A stretch of DNA of 64,000 bases from an uncultured Lachnospiraceae bacterium. GTDB lineage: Bacteria > Bacillota > Clostridia > Oscillospirales > CAG-272. The translations under genes and the position numbers were made by a program. The stretch is taken from NCBI GenBank assembly GCA_964461635.1, contig CAYWVC010000001.1, positions 627 through 64,626 on the forward strand, read 5' to 3'. The notes below the pieces were generated by a model that made no database searches, was not told the origin of the DNA, and saw nothing but the letters and a program-made list of their open reading frames with translations. This document shows positions 9,748-18,480 of the stretch, in pieces (the stretch's first letter is position 1; every line of letters starts with the position of its first letter).

Positions 9748-10739
9748 GCTATTCGGAGCCTAATCCCCAATGGCGCATAAGTTATAAGACCGACAAGGAA
9801 ATGTCAAAGCAATGGCATATGAGCCGACGTCGGGTGATTGAGTTTTGCCTTGACGAAAAGATCAATGATATTATCTCGGTGGATTGGTGGGCATATCGCA
9901 TAGCGGATGATTTGCCCAAGCCAATACCGCAGAGAACTTACCTGCGGCAGATAGATGCCAAACAGCGTGAGTTTGCCTCGATCGATCCGCCCGATAAATT
10001 CGTCGTTCAGTGGATGGAGAACGAGCTCATTGCCGGCTTCATCTACCATACCAACCGTATATGCGGCAGCTTGCTTACCTTTGACGACACGGTCAACGTT
10101 TTGAACGGGGCGGAGGTCAATGCCAGATTTCCCGAAGACGTTGACGCAGTTATAAGACAAAGGGACGCTTTGCTTTATCTTCGGTCTGCCGCTCGGAACG
10201 GCGAAACGCTTTCGCACGAGCTTATCAAACACGTTCATTATTTGCTGATGAACGGCAAATGCGAATCCGCAGGTGATTATCGCACAAGGCGAGTGGGTCT
10301 TGAGACCGGGGATCTTACGATCCAACCGTATAAGGAAATTACGAAAAAGATCCGGAAGCTGATCTCCGAAAATGCCCGTTCCTGCAAAAAGAATATGCCT
10401 GCCGCCATGCGGATGGCGAGACTCTATCTGACGTTTTTGGATATGAGACCGTTTTACGACGGTAATCGCAGGGTTGCACGGTTACTTGTTAACTTTGAGC
10501 TTATGCGCGCGGGCTTCCCGATTATAATCGTGCGGTTTTGTGACAGTGCCCGCGTTTTCCGCGCCACTGAAACGTTCATCGAGCAAGGTAGCTTTGAGCA
10601 TATGGCGGAGCTTATGGCGATGGCGATTGACCGAAGTCTGGATATCTACCTTCCGGTATACAAGAAGGTAGACGAGAACCGTAGGGCACCGCGCCGTCAA
10701 TTATACAAACGGACGAAAAGAAAGATACAAAGCAGATGA
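9744..10739 (+). CDS. Fic-fold protein with a degenerate active-site motif and an N-terminal HTH-like segment
   Basis: 331 aa. ATGA overlap with the copA stop. Fic core is recognisable (AGDYRTRRV; [14 protein letters not shown] in place of HPFxDGNGRxxR). N-terminus [21 protein letters not shown]...DLPKP resembles HTH_17-type modules. Confidence 0.7.
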   Translation: MSYSEPNPQWRISYKTDKEMSKQWHMSRRRVIEFCLDEKINDIISVDWWAYRIADDLPKPIPQRTYLRQIDAKQREFASIDPPDKFVVQWMENELIAGFIYHTNRICGSLLTFDDTVNVLNGAEVNARFPEDVDAVIRQRDALLYLRSAARNGETLSHELIKHVHYLLMNGKCESAGDYRTRRVGLETGDLTIQPYKEITKKIRKLISENARSCKKNMPAAMRMARLYLTFLDMRPFYDGNRRVARLLVNFELMRAGFPIIIVRFCDSARVFRATETFIEQGSFEHMAELMAMAIDRSLDIYLPVYKKVDENRRAPRRQLYKRTKRKIQSR

Positions 10740-10755
10740 CAGGAGGCACTTTGAA

Positions 10756-11226
10756 ATGAAGCTATTGCTGCGTCAGCGTATTTTTTCGTGGTTTGACAGC
10801 TACGATATCTATGATGAGGGCGGCAACACGGCGTATACCGTCCGCGGGCAACTTTCCTGGGGACACAGATTTCGCATTACCGATGCCGACGGGCGTGAGG
10901 TTGGCGAGATTGCCGAGCGTGTCCTGTCCTTTTTTCCGAGCTTTGATATCTATATGCACGGGGAGTATTGCGGCTGTATACGTAAGAGGTTCAGCTTGTT
11001 TAAGCCGGTCTTTGATATGGAGTTCAACGGGTGGCATATTGAGGGCGATTTTATGGAATGGGATTACAGTATAGTCGATTCCTGCGGTAACGATGTGGCG
11101 ATCATATCAAAACAATTGTTCAATTGGTCCGATACATATGAGATCAACATAATAAAATCTACCGATAATCTGTCTGCATTGATGGTTGTTTTGGCAATTG
11201 ATGCCGAAAAATGCTCCAGAAATTGA
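10756..11226 (+). CDS. LURP-one-related / tubby C-terminal-like (DUF567) family protein
   Basis: 156 aa. MKLLLRQRIFSWFDSYDIYDEGGN...FDIYMHGEY...WDYSIVD pattern typical of the family as I recall it. SD aggagg upstream. Confidence 0.6.
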   Translation: MKLLLRQRIFSWFDSYDIYDEGGNTAYTVRGQLSWGHRFRITDADGREVGEIAERVLSFFPSFDIYMHGEYCGCIRKRFSLFKPVFDMEFNGWHIEGDFMEWDYSIVDSCGNDVAIISKQLFNWSDTYEINIIKSTDNLSALMVVLAIDAEKCSRN

Positions 11227-11414
11227 CGCTGTAGAGGCACATAATGTTGACGCAAAATGTACGCAATATTAAAATTGGTTTCTAAATATAAAACTTGAGA
11301 AAAACGAGGCTAAAAAGCCCCGAAAATCGCCTATTTTCGAATCGACTTTTTTCGCTTTTTGACCGTGATATAATGGAGTTGACCTCTCAATGAGGCAGAA
11401 AGGTGGAAAAAGAG

Positions 11415-11750
11415 ATGACATCAGAAACAAGAGTTCCGATTCGATCGGGTTCTGCACGGCAGAACGAGGTTCAAACGGTCAAAGTATTGCGCAGAGCAAT
11501 ATGCGAGACGGCAAAGCCGCACACGGAGTATTTACTGTTGGAGCTTGAATCGCCCGATCGCACGGATTACGCCCTCGCGGTCGGCGAGACGGATTATCGT
11601 GTACGGATCTTCAATGACCGGGCTTCGGCTGAACGGGTATTTGAGACTGTATCCGAAAACGAAGTTGCGAGTTACGTGCTTGACGAAATTTTGCACGATC
11701 TCGGATATGAATCTCCGTATGACGGAATTCTACTGACCGATCCGGCGTGA
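11415..11750 (+). CDS. Hypothetical protein
   Basis: 111 aa from the ATG at 11415 (SD aaaggtgg 9 nt upstream). The ORF track starts at GTG 11403. No motif recognised. Confidence 0.45.
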   Translation: MTSETRVPIRSGSARQNEVQTVKVLRRAICETAKPHTEYLLLELESPDRTDYALAVGETDYRVRIFNDRASAERVFETVSENEVASYVLDEILHDLGYESPYDGILLTDPA

Positions 11751-11761
11751 GCTTTCATTGA

Positions 11762-11797
11762 ATCGGTCGGGCATCGCTTATGCGATGCCCGACCGAT
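11762..11797. terminator. Hairpin terminator between convergent genes
   Basis: 16-bp perfect stem atcggtcgggcatcgc / gcgatgcccgaccgat, loop ttat, then cTTTT on the + strand. Confidence 0.75.
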
Positions 11798-11800
11798 CTT

Positions 11801-12325
11801 TTATATTCCGTAGCTTCCGGTTATCGGATCTTCAAAAATTCCGAGCTGCGGGGGTATGAAGGTAAATACTATAAACGAGACGGCAATGAGACAAAGCACC
11901 GCAAATGGGGCGATCCGCGTTCTGAGGTCCGCCGTGCCGTGACGGAAACGCCGGGCCTCGTAATAATATTCAGCAGCGGCGGCGATGAAGAATATTGCGA
12001 TATTGACCCAATCGGGCGATCTCCCTATCACGCCGTTGTACGTGTAGAAAATGACCGGTATTAAGGTCAGACCGAGAACGGATCCGCTGAGCTTTATGCC
12101 CCAATAAGACGGTACGTCCTTGAAGAAAAAGCTTTGTACAATAGCATAGATGAAAGTGGGAAAGAATAAAAGCTTCATATGTTCCCACGTGGATTCGTTT
12201 ACCCCCGAAAACGGGGCGAGCAATATGCAATTTCCGGTCCATTCGTATAAAAAGTGCAATAGTGTTCCGACTAACGAGGTCGTTGCAAACCCCATAAGCT
12301 GCCAAAGTCCTATAGATTTTTTCAT
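11801..12325 (-). CDS. Small polytopic membrane protein, family not confidently recognised
   Basis: 174 aa, about 5 hydrophobic helices (LMGFATTSLVGTLLHFLY..., LLFFPTFIYAIV...). Confidence 0.6.
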   Translation of the reverse strand: MKKSIGLWQLMGFATTSLVGTLLHFLYEWTGNCILLAPFSGVNESTWEHMKLLFFPTFIYAIVQSFFFKDVPSYWGIKLSGSVLGLTLIPVIFYTYNGVIGRSPDWVNIAIFFIAAAAEYYYEARRFRHGTADLRTRIAPFAVLCLIAVSFIVFTFIPPQLGIFEDPITGSYGI

Positions 12326-12411
12326 ACTTACCTCACAATAGTATTTTTCAAATTTATATTATTCGGACATTGGCTGAACTATGACTTCAAGCCTTCGGAC
12401 AAACGTATAAA

Positions 12412-12443
12412 AATCGGCAGTCGCTAAGAAGCGACTGCCGATT
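12412..12443 (-). terminator. Rho-independent terminator of the Ldh_2 gene
   Basis: aatcggcagtcgc / gcgactgccgatt stem, loop taagaa. On the minus strand it is followed by TTTTTA. Confidence 0.75.
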
Positions 12444-12462
12444 AGGTTTAATATTTCGGGGA

Positions 12463-13572
12463 TCAGTCCTCGAAGGGGAAGTGATACTGATCGAGGTGAA
12501 GCTCGTTGCGAACCGCGATGAGCTCCTTCTGAACTGCGTCGTTGATCGGAACGCCGTTCTTTCTGGCAAGGCGTACGTCGAATTCCTTCTCGCCCGCGGT
12601 GTAGATGCGGTCTGCACCGGGAGCCTTCTCGGATGCACGAAGAGCGCGGCAGATATCGCCGGCGGTCTTTCTGAAGGTGCACTCGCCCATAAAGTGATCG
12701 GTGTCGATGGCAAAGAAGAAGTGTCCGAGGTGGAACTGCTTCTTGGAGCCGTCCTCGGCGATACCCGAAAGCTGCTTCATGAAGGGACCGCCGGTGAGAG
12801 CGGCAGAGAGGATCTCAACGGTCGCTGCGTAGCCGTAGCCCTTGTAGCCCGCAAGCTCCTCGCCTGCGCCGCCGAGCGGGCAGAGAGCTGCTTCGCCGGT
12901 GTTGAGCTCCTTAAGGATAGCGTCGGAATCGGTGTGATACTTGCCGTCACGGCCGATGACCTGACCCTCGGGAGTGTTCTTGCCGATTCTGGAGTAATAT
13001 TCGATCTTACCGCGCTGAACGATCGAGGTAGCGCAGTCAAGGATGAAATCAAAGGGCTCGTCGGTGGGGAGTCCGAAGGTAAGGGGGTTGGTGCCCATCA
13101 TATTCTCTACGCCGAAGGTAGGAGCAATGGAAGGACGGGCGTTGGTTCCGGTGATACCGATGCAGCCGCACTTGGTTGCCATGGTAGCATAGTAGCCGGC
13201 GATGCCGTAATGGCAGGAGTTCTGAACGGCAACGCCGCCCATACCGTACTTCTTGGCCTTTTCGATAGCCATGCTCATGGCCTTGTGACCAACGACCTGA
13301 CCCATACCGTCGCCGCCGTCGAGAACTGCGGTGCACTCGGTTTCCTTAAGTACCGTGATGTTGGTAACGGGGTTCTGGATACCCGCCTTGATTCTGTCAA
13401 GGTAGATGGGCTTGAAGCGGTTTACACCGTGGGATTCAATGCCGCGCTTGTCGGACTCAAGGAGCACGTCCGCGCAGATGATAGCATCCTGACGGGGAAT
13501 GCCGTAGCCGACGAAAGAGTCGACAACAAAATTAGTTATTGTTGTCCAATCGACAATGTTGTTCTTTGCCAT
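12463..13572 (-). CDS. Malate/L-lactate dehydrogenase type 2 (Ldh_2) family oxidoreductase
   Basis: 369 aa. LLESDKRGIESHGVNRF and NSCHYGIAGYYA motifs typical of the Ldh_2 family. SD ggagga upstream. Confidence 0.8.
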   Translation of the reverse strand: MAKNNIVDWTTITNFVVDSFVGYGIPRQDAIICADVLLESDKRGIESHGVNRFKPIYLDRIKAGIQNPVTNITVLKETECTAVLDGGDGMGQVVGHKAMSMAIEKAKKYGMGGVAVQNSCHYGIAGYYATMATKCGCIGITGTNARPSIAPTFGVENMMGTNPLTFGLPTDEPFDFILDCATSIVQRGKIEYYSRIGKNTPEGQVIGRDGKYHTDSDAILKELNTGEAALCPLGGAGEELAGYKGYGYAATVEILSAALTGGPFMKQLSGIAEDGSKKQFHLGHFFFAIDTDHFMGECTFRKTAGDICRALRASEKAPGADRIYTAGEKEFDVRLARKNGVPINDAVQKELIAVRNELHLDQYHFPFED

Positions 13573-13585
13573 ATTTTTTCCTCCG

Positions 13586-13602
13586 TGAAAGCTTAGCTTT
13601 CA
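13586..13602. promoter_or_regulatory. Palindrome TGAAAGC-tta-GCTTTCA in the 5' UTR of the Ldh_2 gene (candidate operator)
   Basis: Perfect 7-bp arms between the predicted -10 box and the SD. The arms equal the half-sites of the cre consensus TGAAAGCGCTTTCA but carry a 3-nt insert. Confidence 0.35.
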
Positions 13603-13620
13603 ATAAATTTTGGTATGTTA

Positions 13621-13649
13621 ATTATATCACAATCCTTTTTACTTTGCAA
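13621..13649 (-). promoter_or_regulatory. Sigma-A-type promoter of the Ldh_2 gene
   Basis: On the minus strand: TTGCAA (13649-13644), 17-nt spacer, TGaTATAAT (13626-13621). Confidence 0.55.
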
Positions 13650-13843
13650 TACATTTTTCGATACTCGGGCATTTTTAGTAGGTAGTTATAATATAGTTGA
13701 GTTTACATCGCTTTTTATAGGTCATTTTTTACTGCCGGGCGAAACAGTACCTCGCTTGGCGAATAACTTGTCGAAAAAGATAAAATTTCCGTTTTATATG
13801 GTTATCAACAAAAAATGAATTGAAAAATCGGTAAAAATGATAG

Positions 13844-13872
13844 TTTACAAATGCGGGAGGATGTGGTATAAT
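13844..13872 (+). promoter_or_regulatory. Strong sigma-A-type promoter driving the candidate RNA upstream of lon
   Basis: TTTACA (13844-13849), 17-nt spacer, TGgTATAAT (13867-13872). Confidence 0.6.
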
Positions 13873-13878
13873 CTTCTC

Positions 13879-14003
13879 ACCGGATCGCGCCATGGGCCAA
13901 TAGGCACGTTTCGGTTATAAATCACAGCGGACACGGGTTTGCGGCGGAATATCAATCTTATGATATCACCTCGCCACGGGCAGTCACCGCTGTGCGTTTT
14001 TTT
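13879..14003 (+). ncRNA. Candidate ~125-nt structured RNA (orphan sRNA or lon leader/attenuator); family not recognised
   Basis: Bounded by the promoter above and by a helix cacagcgg (13923-13930)/ccgctgtg (13987-13994) followed by cg and T7. An internal hairpin at 13879-13915 and the hairpin atatca-atctta-tgatat (13949-13966) are predicted by eye. No SD-led ORF. Confidence 0.4.
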
Positions 14004-14108
14004 ATTGTAAAAAATCATTCGTAACGGTAGAAAAAAAGTCGGAAGTGTGATATAATATAAAATCAGATAATTATAATCGCTTTTTGTTGCACGTTGAAAG
14101 GAAAGATA

Positions 14109-16535
14109 ATGCCCGCATACATAGAAAAAGCCGAAATGATGACGTTGCCCGTGGTAATACTTCACGATGCCGTCGCATTTCCTTCCATAACGTTAAATTT
14201 TGAACTTTCGGATGCCGCAAGCCTTGCAGCCGTTGCCTCGGCAAATGCCGGGAGCGGTTGTGTCTTATTGATCACCGCAAAGCCGGGCGAGGATGACGGT
14301 AACGGTGCCGATAAGCTCCCCGCAGTCGGAACTGCGGCTCGCATAAGACAAACCATAACCGAGAACGGCGGAGAGCTGCGAGTGATCGTCGAGGGCTTTG
14401 CCAGAGCCACGTTGCAAAGAACGGAACGCACGGGTAACTACCTTACCGCCGAGGTCATATGTAAGGCGCATTCCTTACCCGACAACGGAGGGGTCCGCGG
14501 CGAGGCGCTGGTGCGTGAGGCAAGGATCGCCTTCGAACAGATAATGACGTATTTTCCGTCCGCCCCGACAAACGTGGTGGCGGCGGCATCGCATATTGAC
14601 GATCCCGGGGTGCTGGCGGATTTTATCGCGTCGAACGCCTTGGTGAGGACAGAGGATAAGCAATTGGTGCTTGAGGCATTCGAGCCCTTGCGCCGTATCG
14701 AGCTCCTCATATATCTGTTGGCGAACGAGACCGAGCTGCTCAAGTGCGAATTTTCAATTCATAAAAAGGTTCACGACAGGATAAACGAGAGTCAGAAGGA
14801 ACGGTATCTGCATGAACAGCTCAACGCCATTCGCGAGGAGCTTGGCGAGAACGACGACGATGACGATTATTTTAAAAAGATAAAGGCTGCGCATCTGCCG
14901 GATGAGATCAGTGAAAAGCTTTTCCGCGAGGCAGTGCGTATGGAAAAGTCGCAGTTCGGCTCGGCTGAGGCAAGCGTGATACGGAACTATCTTGACATTT
15001 GTCTTGAGCTCCCGTGGACTCGCAGAACGAAGGACCGTACCGACGTTGCGGCGGCAAAGAAGATACTTGATGCCGATCACGACGGCTTGGATAAGGTAAA
15101 AGAGCGCGTGCTTGAATATCTGGCGGTCCGCACCCTTAATCCGGAGCTGAAAAATCAGATAATCTGCCTTGTCGGACCTCCCGGAACGGGAAAGACCTCC
15201 ATCGCGCGTTCAATGGCAAGGGCAATGCACCGCAAATACGTCCGTGTGTCGCTTGGCGGTGTGCGTGACGAGGCGGATATCAGAGGACATCGAAAAACTT
15301 ACGTTGGAGCGATGCCGGGGCGGATCATCAACGCCCTGTCGCAGGTAAAGGTCAATAATCCGCTTATGCTGCTTGACGAGATCGACAAGGTCGGCTCGGA
15401 CGGCAGGGGCGATCCCGCGGCGGCACTCCTTGAGCTGCTTGATCCCGAGCAAAACAAGTATTTCAGGGATCATTTTATAGAGCTGCCATTCGACCTTTCG
15501 GACTGCCTGTTCGTTTGTACCGCTAATTCGCTGGAGACGGTGCCGCGACCGCTGATCGACAGAATGGAGATAATCGAGCTTAAGAGCTATACGGACACGG
15601 AAAAGCTCGGAATTGCGCGACGTCACCTTCTGCCGAAGCAGATCAGGCGGCACGGTATGAACCTTCGTATGATGCGGGTCACCGACGCGGCGTTGACCGA
15701 GGTGATAAACGGTTATACGGCAGAGGCGGGGGTCAGAGGTCTTGAGCGTGAGCTTGCGACCCTTTGCCGCAAGGCGGCTATGCGGATAGTCGAGGAGGGA
15801 CTGACACGGGTGACCGTGGATCGGCAGGACGTTTCCGGCTATCTCGGCGTAAGAAAGATCATACCGGAGCGTATCTCATCTACCGACGAGGTTGGCGTTG
15901 TCAACGGGCTCGCTTATACCGAGGTCGGCGGGGATATGCTGAAGGTCGAGGTTGCGGTGCTTGACGGTACCGGTAAGCTTGAGCTTACGGGATCGCTCGG
16001 CGACGTTATGAAGGAATCGGCTCAGGCGGCGGTAAGCTATATCCGTTCGATCGCCGTTTCACTCGGCATAAAGACCGATTTTTATAAAACGAAGGATCTT
16101 CATATACACGTTCCGGAGGGGGCGGTGCCGAAGGACGGACCGTCCGCGGGCGTAACCATTATGACCGCGCTTGTCAGTGCGCTGACGGGGCGCCCCGTGC
16201 GGCGGGACGTGGCTATGACGGGTGAGATAACTCTTCGCGGCAACGTTCTGGCGATAGGCGGGTTGCGCGAAAAGACTATGGCGGCGTATAAGGCGGGTGT
16301 TAAAAAGGTAATAATTCCTTCGGATAATACACCCAACCTTGAGGATATAGACGCCGAGGTCGCGAGCAAGCTGACCTTTATCCCGGCGCGTCACGCCTCG
16401 GAGGTTCTTAACAATGCCTTGGTCCCCGAGCTTAAGGCGAGCGACGTGACGCGGACGTTTCCATCTGAAATTAAGGGAGCACCGATCACCGACAGCTCGG
16501 TGACCGTTGACAAACTTGGAAGAACGGAGATCTGA
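14109..16535 (+). CDS. lon: ATP-dependent Lon protease
   Basis: About 808 aa from ATG 14109 (SD gaaagg upstream; the track starts at TTG 14094). Walker A GPPGTGKTS, catalytic PKDGPSAG, and the LON substrate-binding N-domain. Confidence 0.92.
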   Translation: MPAYIEKAEMMTLPVVILHDAVAFPSITLNFELSDAASLAAVASANAGSGCVLLITAKPGEDDGNGADKLPAVGTAARIRQTITENGGELRVIVEGFARATLQRTERTGNYLTAEVICKAHSLPDNGGVRGEALVREARIAFEQIMTYFPSAPTNVVAAASHIDDPGVLADFIASNALVRTEDKQLVLEAFEPLRRIELLIYLLANETELLKCEFSIHKKVHDRINESQKERYLHEQLNAIREELGENDDDDDYFKKIKAAHLPDEISEKLFREAVRMEKSQFGSAEASVIRNYLDICLELPWTRRTKDRTDVAAAKKILDADHDGLDKVKERVLEYLAVRTLNPELKNQIICLVGPPGTGKTSIARSMARAMHRKYVRVSLGGVRDEADIRGHRKTYVGAMPGRIINALSQVKVNNPLMLLDEIDKVGSDGRGDPAAALLELLDPEQNKYFRDHFIELPFDLSDCLFVCTANSLETVPRPLIDRMEIIELKSYTDTEKLGIARRHLLPKQIRRHGMNLRMMRVTDAALTEVINGYTAEAGVRGLERELATLCRKAAMRIVEEGLTRVTVDRQDVSGYLGVRKIIPERISSTDEVGVVNGLAYTEVGGDMLKVEVAVLDGTGKLELTGSLGDVMKESAQAAVSYIRSIAVSLGIKTDFYKTKDLHIHVPEGAVPKDGPSAGVTIMTALVSALTGRPVRRDVAMTGEITLRGNVLAIGGLREKTMAAYKAGVKKVIIPSDNTPNLEDIDAEVASKLTFIPARHASEVLNNALVPELKASDVTRTFPSEIKGAPITDSSVTVDKLGRTEI

Positions 16536-16567
16536 GTCGCTTTTACAGCGGCGGAAAGGATGTACAA

Positions 16568-17158
16568 ATGGCACAGGCAGAGCTTAAGATCAGCGCGGGC
16601 TTGCCCGAGCAGTTTCCCGGGGATACTATGCCGCAGATAGCTTTTTCCGGACGTTCAAACGTGGGCAAATCGTCGCTTATCAACACACTGCTCGGACGGA
16701 AGGCATTGGCGCGGGTAAGCTCCTCGCCGGGAAAGACGATCACGGTGAACTTTTATACCGTCGACGGAAAGTATTATCTTGTGGATCTTCCGGGGTACGG
16801 ATTTGCCAAGCGTCCGGAGGCGGATAAACGCAAATGGTCTGCGCTCACCGACGGGTACTTTACCTCAAATCGCAATATCGACAGATTACGCGCGGTCGTT
16901 CAGCTCGTGGATTCCAGAATAGGTCCCACAAAGGACGATCTTATGATGATAAATTATATGAACGATATGGGGATACCGTATATTATCGTTGCCTCAAAGA
17001 CCGATAAGCTAAATAAGACCGAATACGGCAAGAGCCTTGATGCCCTTCGCCACAATCCGGTTATAAAAGAGGGAACGCCGATAATTCCTTTTTCTTCGTT
17101 GAACGGCACGGGGAAGGATGAGCTTCTTCGTGAGATCCTGCGCCGTACGGAAAAGTAA
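16568..17158 (+). CDS. engB: Ribosome-biogenesis GTPase YihA/YsxC (EngB)
   Basis: 196 aa. G1 GRSNVGKSSLIN, DLPGYG, SKTDK. Conserved lon-engB synteny. Confidence 0.9.
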   Translation: MAQAELKISAGLPEQFPGDTMPQIAFSGRSNVGKSSLINTLLGRKALARVSSSPGKTITVNFYTVDGKYYLVDLPGYGFAKRPEADKRKWSALTDGYFTSNRNIDRLRAVVQLVDSRIGPTKDDLMMINYMNDMGIPYIIVASKTDKLNKTEYGKSLDALRHNPVIKEGTPIIPFSSLNGTGKDELLREILRRTEK

Positions 17159-17160
17159 AG

Positions 17161-18462
17161 ATGTTGCTTTATCCGCATATCGGAATTAACGAAAAGGGGC
17201 ATCTGACCCTCGGCGGGCTTGACTGTATCGAGCTTGCCGCCGAGTACGGAACTCCGCTTTACCTCCTTGACGTTGACGCGGTACGGTCGCATTGCCGTGA
17301 TTATATGTGCGCGTTGAAGGATAACTTTTTCGGGCACGGCTGCGTTGCATACGCTTCAAAGGCGCTTTGCTTTGCCGGTATATATCGCGTTATATCCGAG
17401 GAAGGAATGTATGCGGATTGCGTATCGGGCGGGGAACTGTATACGGCTTTGCGCGGCGGCTTCCCGGCGGAGAAGATATTTTTTCACGGCAACCTCAAGA
17501 CCCGCCGCGAAATAGGTGAAGCGTTGGATGCCGGCGTCGGGTACGTTGTCGTAGACAGTGAAGAGGAGCTTGACCTTTTGGAAAATGAAGCGGCTTTGCG
17601 GCAAAAGACGGTTGGGATATTGCTCCGCATTACTCCCGGGATTGATCCGCATACGCATCGGTACGTGACCACCGGAACTGTCGATTCGAAATTCGGCAGT
17701 GCCATATCGACCGGCCGCGCCGATGAAATGATAGCCGTCGCGCTTAAAAAGGCGCATTTACGGCTTGAGGGCTTTCACTGTCACGTCGGATCGCAGATAT
17801 TCGGTCACGAGCCCTTCGTTGCCGAGGCAGAGAGACTTGCGAGCTTCTCGGCTGAAAGCGTGCGAAAATACGGCATCAAGGTAAACGTCCTTGATCTCGG
17901 CGGAGGTATCGGGGTCAGATATACGGAGAACGACCCCGAAGTTAACGTCGGAGCTGTTGTTAAGCTGATGGCTGACGCAGTCAAAAAAAGCTTTGGAGCA
18001 TACGGACTTCCGGTGCCGCGTATAGTGCTTGAGCCGGGGAGATCGATCGTTGCCGATGCGGGTGTTACGCTCTATACCGTCGGATCGGTAAAGCGAATTC
18101 CGGGTGTACGTACTTACGTGTCGGTCGACGGCGGAATGACCGACGATCCGAGATATGCCCTTTATTCCTCCCGTTATACTGCGGTGATCGCCGACCGTGC
18201 GGGTGATGACGCGTCGGATACCGTGACGGTTGCGGGGCGTTGCTGTGAGTCGGGCGACCTGCTGGGGGAGGATATGAAGCTTCAATCCCCGCAAGTCGGT
18301 AACATTCTTGCATTTTTGACCACAGGAGCTTATAATTATTCAATGGCTTCAAATTATAATCGTTTGCCGCGCCCGCCGATAGTTACGGTAGAGGGCGGGA
18401 GCGCGCGGCTTGCGGTTCGAAGAGAGAACTACGAGGATCTTGTCTCAAACGATATTATCTGA
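17161..18462 (+). CDS. lysA: Diaminopimelate decarboxylase
   Basis: 433 aa. Orn/DAP/Arg decarboxylase fold motifs (YASKA, HCHVGSQI, EPGRSIVA, CESGD). Confidence 0.9.
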   Translation: MLLYPHIGINEKGHLTLGGLDCIELAAEYGTPLYLLDVDAVRSHCRDYMCALKDNFFGHGCVAYASKALCFAGIYRVISEEGMYADCVSGGELYTALRGGFPAEKIFFHGNLKTRREIGEALDAGVGYVVVDSEEELDLLENEAALRQKTVGILLRITPGIDPHTHRYVTTGTVDSKFGSAISTGRADEMIAVALKKAHLRLEGFHCHVGSQIFGHEPFVAEAERLASFSAESVRKYGIKVNVLDLGGGIGVRYTENDPEVNVGAVVKLMADAVKKSFGAYGLPVPRIVLEPGRSIVADAGVTLYTVGSVKRIPGVRTYVSVDGGMTDDPRYALYSSRYTAVIADRAGDDASDTVTVAGRCCESGDLLGEDMKLQSPQVGNILAFLTTGAYNYSMASNYNRLPRPPIVTVEGGSARLAVRRENYEDLVSNDII

Positions 18463-18480
18463 TCCGAAAGGGAAGAGATT

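Noticed and set aside
13615-14165. Track ORFs 13615-13818 (+, 67 aa) and 13845-14165 (-, 106 aa) in the Ldh_2-lon intergenic region.
   Set aside because: AT-rich spacer, no SD, odd composition (F/L/I/Y-rich). The minus ORF runs through the promoter, the candidate RNA and the lon start. They are better explained as non-coding regulatory DNA.
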